DNA from: Macrostomum lignano
Taxonomy: Eukaryota
DNA length: 64,000 bases
Direction: 5' to 3'
Assembly: GCA_002269645.1 (NCBI GenBank)
Contig: NIVC01002991.1
Coordinates: forward strand, 62,922-126,921
Shown: positions 38,751-49,754 of the stretch, piece after piece
Position numbering within the stretch: position 1 is the stretch's first letter
Layout of the letters: each line of letters starts with the position of its first letter
Program-made: the position numbers and the translations under genes
Notes under the pieces: generated by a model
What the model was told of the DNA's origin: nothing
Database searches by the model: none
Seen by the model: the letters and a program-made list of their open reading frames with translations, nothing else

Positions 38751-39199
38751 ATCGTTTGACACTTGAGATTTTAATAATAGAAAAGGCGGCCTTCGAAGCC
38801 TCAAAGCTGGAGATCTTCTTCTAGAAGGAGCCGGGCAAGGATGGGAGTCCCGCTGGAGGGGATTAAGAAGGGATTTGGCGAGCGGGTTGGCGACTGCGGG
38901 ACGAAGCGAATCGGGCAGCTGTGTTTGGACTGGACACGATGGGGCAGGGAGGCTGGAATAAGGCGCTAGCAGAAGCAGGCGGAAGATAAGCTCAAGAAAT
39001 CTGCAGCGCCGGGTTGGAGCTTGGCGCAGAAACTGTTTCTGTCGCGGAGGCCGGCCAATCCGGCGAGTCCAAGCGAACCGATTGGCTGCTGGAGATGGCG
39101 AGGCCACCCCTGTGCAGCTGCTCAAAACCTGCCTGCCTGCTCAACTGCTGCAGCCAATTTCTTTTTGCCCTGGTTACTGAGTTAGACAAGTGAAAAAAC

Positions 39200-39968
39200 T
39201 GGGAGGAGCTGGGAGGAGCTGGAAGGATCTGGGAGGATCTGGGAGGATCTGGGAGAATCTGGGAGGATCTGGAAGGATCTGAGAGGATCTGGGAGGATCT
39301 GAGAGGATCTGGAAGGATCTGAGAGGATCTGGAAGGATCTGAGAGGATCTGGAAGGATCTGAGAGGATCTGAGAGGATCTGAGAGGATCTGGGAGGATCT
39401 GGGAGGATCTGGGAGGATCTGGGAGGATCTGGGAGGATCTGGGAGGATCTGGGAGGATCTGGGAGGATCTGGGAGGATCTGGGAGGATCTGGGAGGATCT
39501 GGGAGGATCTGGGAGGATCTGGGAGGATCTGGGAGGATCTGGGAGGATCTGGGAGGATCTGGGAGGATCTGGGAGGATCTGGGAGGATCTGAGGATCTGG
39601 GGGGATAAGAGAGGATCTGAGAGGATCTGGAAGGATTTAAGAGGATCTGAGAGGATCTGGGAGGATCTGGAAGGATCTGGGAGGATCTGGGAGGATATGG
39701 GAGGATCTGGGAGGATCTGGGAGGATCTGGGAGGATCTGGGAGGATCTGAGAGGATCTGGGAGGATCTGAGAGGATCTGGGAGGATCTGGGAGGATCTGG
39801 GAGGATCTGGGAGGATCTGGGAGGATCTGGGAGGATCTGAGGATCTGGGGGGATAAGAGAGGATCTGAGAGGATCTGGAAGGATTTAAGAGGATCTGGGA
39901 GGATCTGGGAGGATCTGGGAGGATCTGGGAGGATCTGGGAGGATCTGGGAGGATCTGAAGATCTGGGA
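39200..39968. repeat. 10-bp minisatellite
   Basis: GGGAGGATCT, about 75 copies, with an internal block duplicated at about 39590 and 39838. Confidence 0.95.
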
Positions 39969-40714
39969 GTTGAAGGAATTCAAATCTGAGGAAAATGCTT
40001 CAGCATCCTAGAACGAGTCCAGTCTGGAATAATCCCCATCACGGAATCGCTCAACACTAGTAGCTTCCATTTTTAGCGCAGATCAGCTCCATACTCCCTT
40101 CTCCATCATCCAGCTTCCCTTTTGCGCAGGTGTCCGACATATTCATTCGTTTTCTTCTTGCAAGAACTCGCGTGCCACGTGGCTAAGGCAATCTCCTCTG
40201 CACGCGGTCGGCCTTGCAAAAAAGGCTTCTGAGGAGCAGAGCTCAAGAGCTGGTGGGAGATGAGACTCGAAAATGAGGATGAGCAGAGGCAAAACCTATG
40301 TCACTTCTACCTGAAATGCATATCATATAAAGATGATCTATTTTTAATTAACTTAATAAGCTAAAATGTCTGTCTCTTCTAGAAGATCGGTGAGCTTCCT
40401 TTCACACGAAAGAAACCCCGCAGAAGCTCGTTAAGCTATCTGCGAACTTTTTCTGAAAATTTTGCCTGATCTATGCGTAACGGTTTAGTATGGCTGTTTG
40501 GAACTGATTTCATAAAATCTTGGAATGAGACTAGTTGAAGATGAAGATTACACTGACTCAGACTGATGGTTGTGTATTTGAAATAGGCAGCTGTTCGCCT
40601 TAATATAATTTTGCACTTATGTAAGATTTTCTTTTTACACTTTATTCTTTTACTCTGTACTATTTTACTATACATGACTTACTCTTTGACACAAAACCGC
40701 GAATTTCTGTCTGA

Positions 40715-41085
40715 CATGCGTCATTAGATGCATGTAGGTCTAATCAGATGCATGTAGATCTAATCCGATGTATGTAGATCTAATCAGATGTATGTAGATC
40801 TAATCAGATGTATTTAGATCTAATCAGATGCATGTAGATCTAATCAGATGCATGTAGATCTAATCAGATGTATTTAGATCTAATCAGATGCATGTAGATC
40901 TAATCAGATACATGTAGATCTAATCAGATGCATGTAGATCTAATCAGATGTATTTAGATCTAATCAGATGCATGTAGATCTAATCAGATGCATGTAGATC
41001 CAATCAAAAAGGATTAGATGCATGTAGATCCAATCACACATGATTAGATGCATGTAGATCCAATCAGATAGGATTAACATGCATA
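40715..41085. repeat. 20-bp minisatellite
   Basis: GATCTAATCAGATGCATGTA units. Confidence 0.9.
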
Positions 41086-41864
41086 TAAATTTTAGACAAA
41101 CAAATCATTGAAAATTTTTAACCATATTGCTAGGTGCTAATTGCTCAATTCAGCAGCGTCACCGGCCTTGACGACGGAGGCTGGGGGGTTGGCGTGCTCA
41201 GATTCGAAAGGATTTGGGAAGATCTGGAATGAGAGGATCAGCTAATCTGTTTGCTGACAAAGGAGCCGCCCCACCATATTTCTGTTCGCTTTGGACCACC
41301 GACGGAACGAGAAAAGAGAGCGGAGGCTGGCCGGGGGGGGAATTAATTCGAAAAACACAGAGAAATTCATTTCCCAATATCCCCGACGCCCTTTTCGCCA
41401 CTTTCATTTCCGCCCAGAAGCTGCTGATGAGGCTGGCAGGGCAGTTAATCTCCGTCTCCTTTGGCGCAAAAAGAAATTGTTGTCCGCCATGCCTAGCGGA
41501 GGACCCGAGACCCCCCGCTGGGCGGGTGGGGCCCAAAATTATCGACGAGAAACTTTCGGAAGCTGCGGCCCCACTAATCCCTCACACGGGCGCGGGAGAT
41601 GTTTTAGAAAATGGGGGGGGGAACAGCGCGCGAGGGAGCTTAGCCGGGGATTAAATCCCCGAAACTGTGATGAGGCAATTTCGCGCAAGCCGAAGCCGAG
41701 GAAGACACAGAGAGAGAGGAGGGGAGGGGAGCTCAGGCCTCAAGACTGGGATTTCGATTCGATTTATTTTCCTTCTTCTGTGCCTCGCCTCCGAGCCACA
41801 CCCCGAATGAGGCTGGTACACCTGACAGCTCTGCATTCTTGGCTTTGATATTTCTTTGAGGCGG

Positions 41865-42412
41865 CAGCGGCGCCAAAACTGAAGGACTGAAATGAAGAGA
41901 CGGAGGCGCTAAAACTGAAGGACTGAAATGAAAAGACAGAGGCGCCAAAACTGAAGGACTGAAATGAAAAGACAGAGGCGCCAAAACTGAAGGACTGAAA
42001 TGAAAAGACAGAGGCGCCAAAACTGAAGGACTGAAATGAAAAGACAGAGGCGCCAAAACTGAAGGACTGAAATGAAAAGACAGAGGCGCCAAAACTGAAG
42101 GACTGAAATGAAAAGACAGAGGCGCCAAAACTGAAGGACTGAAATGAAAAGACAGAGGCGCCAAAACTGAAGGACTGAAATGAAAAGACAGAGGCGCCAA
42201 AACTGAAGGACTGAAATGAAAAGACAGAGGCGCCAAAACTGAAGGACTGAAATGAAGAGACAGCGGCGCCATAACTGAATGACTGAAATGAACAGACAGA
42301 GTGAATGACTGAAATGAAGAGACAGCGGCGCCAAAACTGAAGGACTGAAATGAAAAGACAGCGGCGCCAAAACTGAAGGACTGAAATGAAGAGACAGCGG
42401 CGCCAAAACTGC
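41865..42412. repeat. 36-bp minisatellite
   Basis: GGCGCCAAAACTGAAGGACTGAAATGAAAAGACAGA, about 15 copies. Confidence 0.95.
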
Positions 42413-43124
42413 AGTATTAATGGAGATGGCTACAGATAAACCTTGGCTCATAAATCACAACAGGTAAAATAGAGAAATGAAATTCTCGATGAAAGTTTTC
42501 TTAAACAAAAGTTAGGGATCGAGAGGCAGACAGGACGTGACTCCCTGTTGTTCGAATAATTCGATTTCTGAGTTGGCGACTTTCTCACTCGCTCACTGAG
42601 TTTGACTGGCGGCCGGTTCTGACAGAAGGTCGTGCGGCGAGAGAGGCCAGCTCAAGATCGGTATCAAATTAAGCCTGGGCATATGGAACTGCTGATCGCA
42701 ACAGATCCCAGCAATTTTTTATTGCCTCCCATTGCGAGAGAATGGGGAAATTCGGATGAGGAGGTGGGTAAGGGAAAAGGGGGCCAGAAGCTTTTGATCA
42801 TGCACCCACAGTCGAAATCCCAGCGAAGATGGCCAGATGACAGGTGCCCTTATCTTCCCTTGGCCAGTCGCTTCTTTGACAGAATTTTCTCAGCCAAGAA
42901 GGAATTGAAATCTGCGTTGCATGCTTGAGAAATCGGATGCGTGAAATTTTCTGGCAAAGAAATAAATCTTATCGGACGCAGGGCTCCACTTGAGTGGATT
43001 GAAATTCCGCAAATATGGCGCCATTCGGCTTAGCAACTGCAGGTTGTGCTTAAAGACTTTTTCTGAGTCTTTGAAATTCAGAATAATTTCGAATAGTTTA
43101 AATTAAAGTTAGAGAGAGTCTTGG

Positions 43125-43745
43125 CGCCGAATAGGAGGATTAGCGCCGAATAGTGGGATTAGCGCCAAATAGAAGGATTAGCGCCAAATGGAAGGATTAG
43201 CGCCAAATAGGAGGATTAGCGCCAAATGGAAGGATTAGCGCCAAATAGGAGGATTAGCGCCAAAGGAGAATTTTAGCGCCAAATAGGAGGATTAGCGCCA
43301 AATGGGAGGATTAGCGCCAAATGGGAGGATTAGCGCCGAAAAGGGGAATTAGCACCAAATAGGAGGATTAGCGCCAAATAGAAGGATTAGCGCCAAATAG
43401 GAGGATTAGCGCCAAATAGGAGGATTAGCCCCAAATGGGAGGATTAGCGCCAAATGAGAATTTTAGCGCCAAATAGGAGGATTAGCGCCAAATAGGATGA
43501 TTAGCGCCAAATTAGAGGATTAGCGCCAAATAGAAGGATTAGCGCCTAATGAGAAGATTAGCGCCAAATAGGAGGGTTAGCGCCGAATAGGAGGATTAGC
43601 GCCAAATGAGAGGATTAGCGCCAAATGAGAGGATTAGCGCCAAATGAGAGGATTAGCGCCAAATGAGAGGATTAGCGCCAAATGAGAGGATTAGCGCCAA
43701 ATGAGAGGATTAGCACCGAATAGGGGGATTAGCGCCGAATATAAG
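43125..43745. repeat. 19-bp minisatellite carrying GGATTA
   Basis: GGATTAGCGCCAAATAGGA, 32 units, 26 with a perfect GGATTA. Confidence 0.95.
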
Positions 43746-44094
43746 AATTTTCACCCCACAATAGCCAATTATCCCGGTGATTTCAGGATGCCGCACAAAC
43801 TAATTACCTGCGTAGAAGCCATATAGAGATGGCCGGGCCCCAAATCAGTCAATATTATTAAGAAAGCCGAGCAACAGAGAAATATGCGGTGTCATAAATT
43901 AGACTCAGGCACAGGACCAGCTCCCCCCCCTGCCAGACAGGCCCCTCAACTCGCTTTGCAGTCACACCTCGCACTGGCCAGCGCACAATTGATGAGCTCA
44001 CTACGTGCTCAGTTGGCCAGCTAGCGGCGGCACCTTGGCATTTATCAACTTTCTGAACGCGAGAGCGCTTTTAATTAAGAAAAACTGCGACTTT

Positions 44095-44096
<2 letters not shown>

Positions 44097-44128
<32 letters not shown>
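44097..44128. repeat. (GA)n microsatellite
   Basis: Pure GA run. Confidence 0.95.
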
Positions 44129-44130
<2 letters not shown>

Positions 44131-44554
44131 CGTAGTTTTGTTGCTGGACGTGCCGTGCCGAAATGAGTAACAGAAAATGAAATTCTGACCAATTTTAATA
44201 GTATATAGATATAATAGAAAGAGTTTTAGCAGGCAAATACCTACCTGACTAGTCCGCTATCATGGGGCGCATTGTGCCGGTCTGTAACTCTACAGACACA
44301 ATGCCTCATTTGCATAATCAGGCTCTGTTTGCCTGAATGGGCCATTGTCAGAAAATTTACATTCCGTTTATTTACTGCCAGCATATTGACCCAAGCGATG
44401 AGAGTGCGATGTTCATTGCTGCAGTCTGGATGGCTTTTTATAGTCTTTTTCCAGACGCATAAACTTTTTTGAGAAAATCAAGAGTTCACAGAAAAGACTT
44501 GGGGTGCTGTGCTGTTCAAGTGAAGCTGAGTAAAACCGTGTTTTAATTCTATTC

Positions 44555-45430
44555 CGAGGATCTGGGAGAATTCTAGTCTGAGGATCTGGGAGAATTCTAG
44601 TTTGAGGATCTGGAAGAATTCTAGTCTGAGCATCTGGGAGAACTCTAGTCTGAGGATCTGGTAGAATTCTAGTCTGAGCATCTGGGAGAATTCTAGTCTG
44701 AGGATCTGGGAGAATTCTAGTCTGAGGATCTGGGAGAATTCTAGTTTGAGGATCTGGTAGAATTCTAGTCTGAGCATCTGGGAGAACTCTAGTCTGAGCA
44801 TCTGGGAGAACTCTAGTCTGAGCATCTGGGAGAACTCTAGTCTGAGCATCTGGGAGAACTCTAGTCTGAGGATCTGGGAGAATTCTAGTTTGAGGATCTG
44901 GGAGAACTCTAGTCTGAGGATCTGGGAGAACTCTAGTCTGGTCATATGGTAGAATTCTAGTCTGAGCATCTGGGAGAACTCTAGTCTGGTCATATGGGAG
45001 AATTCTAGTCTGAGCATCTGGGAGAATTCTAGTCTGAGCATCTGGGAGAATTCTAGTCTGAGGATCTGGGAGAACTCTAGTCTGGTCATATGGGAGAATT
45101 CTAGTCTGAGCATCTGGGAGAACTCTAGTCTGGTCATCTGGGAGAATTCTAGTCTGAGCATCTGGGAGAATTCTAGTCTGAGCATCTGGGAGAATTCTAG
45201 TCTGAGCATCTGGGAGAACTCTAGTCTGAGCATCTGGGAGAACTCTAGTCTGAGCATCTGGGAGAACTCTAGTCTGAGCATCTGGGAGAACTCTAGTCTG
45301 AGCATCTGGGAGAACTCTAGTCTGAGCATCTGGGAGAATTCTAGTCTGAGCATCTGGGAGAACTCTAGTCTGAGCATCTGGGAGAATTCTAGTCTGAGCA
45401 TCTGGGAGAATTCTAGTCTGAGGATCTGGA
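44555..45430. repeat. 24-bp minisatellite
   Basis: GAG(C/G)ATCTGGGAGAA(T/C)TCTAGTCT, about 36 copies. Confidence 0.95.
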
Positions 45431-46089
45431 AGGTCCAGGCCGACTTGCTAGCTTTAAGTATGACTGGCTTCGGAAAACTTTGGGAAAATTTACTGCAGCA
45501 TGGCCCTACAAATTCCGAGTCTATTTGAAGACACGCATCACCTCCAATTTTTGAAATTCCGAAGCAATTAGCTTGCATTAGTTAGTCGTAAGCGATGCGC
45601 CCTCAATTCCACACAACTGCGGCTGTGTGGCAATGTCCCAGACATGATCTGTCTAAAATTAACAAGAGAGGTTGCGAAACCAAGTTTTGGTTGATTGCGC
45701 ACACCCAGTGCAAATGAACCAAGACTCCTGTTAGCACAAAGACTCAACAATCTCTATGAGCTCATATAGCTTCGATTCGGAGTTCATGCGAGTGAAAATC
45801 CAAACAAATTACGACGGACCACCGACCCTGGCAGTTTCGATTGTCAAACCTGTTTGCTCTTCGGGTCCGATACAAACAGAACGATATTGGCTATTAGAGT
45901 TGGTTATTAAATACTGTCTCAGAACTGGCGGTAGCGAGCGATCAACCTGATCGTGTCACGTATGGATCGCAGATCCCCGCTGCATTGAGAGACGTTAGCG
46001 ATCTATATTGGATTGTCGCATTATTTGAAAACATATTTTACTCACTATGGCTTGCAAACTGCAATAGTTAGCAATATTAAACTTTGCTT

Positions 46090-46710
46090 TTGGATCAGGA
46101 GTGATTATCATGGGGCGGATCAGGAGTGATTCTCATGTGGTGGATCAGGAGTGATTCTCATGGGGCGGATCAGGAGTGATTCTCATGGGGCGGATCAGGA
46201 GTGATTCTTGTAGGGCGGATCAGGAGTGATTCTTGTGGGGCGGATCAGGAGTGATTCTCATGGGGCGGATCAGGAGTGATTCTTGTAGGGCGGATCAGGA
46301 GTGATTCTTGTGGGGCGGATCAGGAGTGATTCTCATGGGGCGGATCAGGAGTGATTCTTGTAGGGCGGATCAGGAGTGATTCTTGTGGGGCGGATCAGGA
46401 GTGATTCTTGTGGGGCGGATCAGGAGTGATTCTTGTGGGGCGGATCAGGAGTGACTCTCATGGGGCAGATCAGGAGTGATTCTTGTGGGGCGGATCAGGA
46501 GTGACTCTCATGGGGCAGATCAGGAGTGATTCTTGTGGGGCGGATCAGGAGTGACTCTCATGGGGCAGATCAGGAGTGATTCTTGTGGGGCGGATCAGGA
46601 GTGATTCTTGTGGGGCAGATCAGGAGTGATTCTCATGGGCGGATTAGGAGTGATTCTTGTAGGGCGGATCAGGAGTGATTCTTGTGGGGCGGATCAGGAG
46701 TGATTCTAAG
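46090..46710. repeat. 25-bp minisatellite
   Basis: GGATCAGGAGTGATTCTCATGGGGC or ...TTGTGGGGC, about 24 copies. Confidence 0.95.
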
Positions 46711-47599
46711 GGGGCGAATGTAAAAGCAACTGCCTCCTGCATTCACTTATTTTCGATTTAAATACATGTATGCAGGAGTATATCCATAGATTCAATTGCA
46801 ACAAGTCAGCTACTAAGATTTATAATTACAAAAGCACTTAACACTCGTAGACAGGGTGAAAGCCAAAGCTCAAGGCAAATTGAAACATGAAACTTTGCCC
46901 AGAGAGGAAATCCGGCTAGATCGAAGGTTTAAATTTGACTCCAACCTGAGCCAGGTGCGCAAGCCCAGTCCCCAGGACCAGCTACAGGCATTCTACACCG
47001 TGTATAGCTGTGTATAAGACAAGCAATATCTGAGCTATTAAAGTCTTGGCCACCTGCTCTCATCAGACAGTTGAATGTCTAAGAATCAGTGAGTATCGCG
47101 GGTTGCCACTCCGGCTCAGACAGCAGACAATACAAGCTATTAATGTGATCGCAATGAGTAGAGGAAGTCAAAGACCAAGTTAAAGCGCTTAACGTCGATC
47201 GGGCGGAAAATCCTCTTCTCCGAAATCAGATATCGGACAGACAGACAGGCGGAGGATGAAAACAATGGCATTGCCGGGCCGTTCAGAAATGTTTTTTTCG
47301 CGGCAAGAACAGAAACCGAAGGAATCCATTTGTAGTGGCCTTGGCACTTAGACAGCGAGACCAGATGTCGCTGTGGACTTCCGATAAAAAAGGAGGCATT
47401 GGCAGATACCGTCTCATGACCGACTGACTGCTTTAACGGGGCACCTTTTTTCGATTGAAGCATTGATAAAAACTTTATTTTCAATCTGGTAGTTAAAAGC
47501 CAGTAGCCAGTGGCCCGAATTCTCGCGAATCGACAGTGTAACGAGAGATGACATGAAGAGATGACCGCCTCAAAAACATGATCGAGCTGTGGTGACCGA

Positions 47600-47830
47600 C
47601 TCAAATCTAGTGATGATGAGCCGACTCAAATGAGCATCCAGTGAAGATGACTGACTCAAATGAGCATCCAGTGAAGATGACTGACTCAAATGCAAGCATC
47701 CAGTGAAGATGACTGACTCAAATGAGCATCCAGTGAAGATGACTGACTCAAATGAGCATCCAGTGAAGATGACTGACTCAAATGAGCATCCAGTGAAGAT
47801 GACCGACTTAAGTGACCATGACGGACTCAA
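47600..47830. repeat. 30-bp minisatellite
   Basis: GACTCAAATGAGCATCCAGTGAAGATGACT, about 6 copies. Confidence 0.9.
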
Positions 47831-48940
47831 AATGACCAGCGACCAGTGCTAGTGATGACAAAGTCAAATATTTTGGTGATATAAATAAATAAAAGCACAA
47901 GACAACAACCGTTATTTTGCTAGTATCTGATTACACTGATTTGCAAGACAATTAAATATCCTAAAGAATAAGCTTAATCTGGTCTTTAAGTTGTTATTTA
48001 GACACGGGGGCTGATGAGACAGGGGTACTCGAAGAACAGTCTTCAATAACAACATTTATAAATGGCAAGTCCTATTAAATAAATAGACAAGCAAATTATT
48101 GCAGCTACACATAAAATAAAGGTTGATTTTATCCAGACCCCGTCATCAATATTTCTAGCCCCCCCAGCATTGGGACAACATCAACAAATTTAACAAAACT
48201 AAAAACACGGTCAGGACACGTCTGTAGTTAATTTATTAAAAAAATACGCGCAAACTTTTTTATAATCATCAAAATTTACATTCATATTAGACTACTCAAA
48301 ACAAAACAGTTAGTAGCGAGGGAGGGACCTGCCAATTGAAAATATATGCGCTCGGAAAAAACTGTGGGCTTTTCAACTTTTTAAGCACGCTTTAGTGCGA
48401 AAATTTTAGCATAGATTAATATAAATTAGAAGAAAAAAATTAATAAGGACAAGCGAACAGACACCAATTAAAATTTTATTGTCAAAAAAGCGATTATGCA
48501 ATTTTTGAATGCATTAATCCAATCCAATACATTTCTGACGAGGAACAAAACGAATAAAAGGGCTAATCAACAAATAAAACTTAGAACAGTTATATCATAG
48601 CTTGCATGCGAAATACAACTGGATAGAGCTGTGAAGATCGAATCGAATACCGAACAGGCAGTTCTGATGTAGCATTTAAATTTGCCAGAATTTTAACACG
48701 GTCAAATTTTGCTATAATTTGTCTGAACAATCATATCAATGAATATTAATGAATTTTTGTAAATTACTAACTGGAATCAGTGCATACTGTTTTGCGTAAT
48801 TAATGAGCAAGCAATTATTAAGGTGTTATAAAATTATCCACTGCCGAGAAAATACCAAGTAGCGTATTACGAGGAACTATTCAATTTTCCTTTACCTTGA
48901 ATAGTTTAGCAATTCATTGTATCCACTTTATAGTTTAATA

Positions 48941-49393
48941 TAATTGACTACACCTGCTCTAACGGCCAGATGTGCAACCGACAGCTCAGCCGCATGCTGC
49001 GTACGGCTGTTCAGTCCAAGGACTGGGGGGGGGGTCACCACACACCCTCAATTACCCCAGCTAATGCTGGCACCCATTTTACAGCTGGGTGAACTGAAGC
49101 AATGCAGAGTTAAGTGTCTTTGCTCAAGGACACAAATCGTTCCGATTAGGATTGGGAGTCGAACCCCGACCTTCAAGTCGTGAGTCGTGGGAGTAACCAC
49201 TAGGCTAAAACCCTTTAATATTAAAATAGATTAGCAATTCGTTTTATTCCCTTTACTACGGGACTGTAGCCTAGTCCCCCCTGCCCCCAGTCCCCGGACC
49301 GAACAGCCGTACGCAGCCTTCAGATGCGCCGCGCAATAGCTGCGGCTGAGCTGTCGGTTGCACATCTGCCACTTGGGCAGGTGTAATCAATTA
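48941..49393. mobile_element. Foldback/MITE-like element with long terminal inverted repeats
   Basis: Left arm TAATTGACTACACCTGC...CAGATGTGCAACCGACAGCTCAGCCGCA...GCTGCGTACGGCTGTTCAGTCC...GACTGGGGG (48941-49034) matches the reverse complement of about 49277-49393, with a roughly 22-nt indel. The flanks are AT-rich. Confidence 0.75.
49035..49210 (-). mobile_element. tRNA-derived SINE with a CORE-like central domain
   Basis: Minus-strand A box TAGCCTAGTGG (49207-49197) and B box GGTTCGACTCC (49165-49155), followed by GTGTCCTTGAGCAAAGACACTTAAC...CAGCTGTAAAATGGG, which resembles the CORE domain. Confidence 0.7.
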
Positions 49394-49754
49394 TTGTTAT
49401 TATTAATATTATTATTACTACTATTATGTAATATTGAATATATTAGCAATCCATTCTAATAGCCAACAAAATTAAAACAAAAAAGAATCCGGATTTCAAG
49501 TTAAGCCTACCAAAGCACAGTACCGATAGCAGCAAAATTATTTTTAGTCCAGAAAAAACGGAAAAATTTTGCAAGATCGATATTTCAATCATTAGTTTAG
49601 TTTGGCGCCTATTGCAATACAGAGGAGTCAAGCCGATGGGGTGTTGGGTAGCCTAGGACAAGCTCTTAATAACCCGACTAGTGCAGCTGAGCCGCGCTTG
49701 CTAAAAAGTTACAAACGAGTGCTTATGGGCCTGTTGCCTGACTGTTTTGGCTAG

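Noticed and set aside
44478-45578. 366-aa ORF of LRLEFSQM repeats
   Set aside because: A 24-bp unit preserves frame trivially, variants are mostly non-synonymous, and there is no clear ATG or splice context. Expression evidence would be needed.
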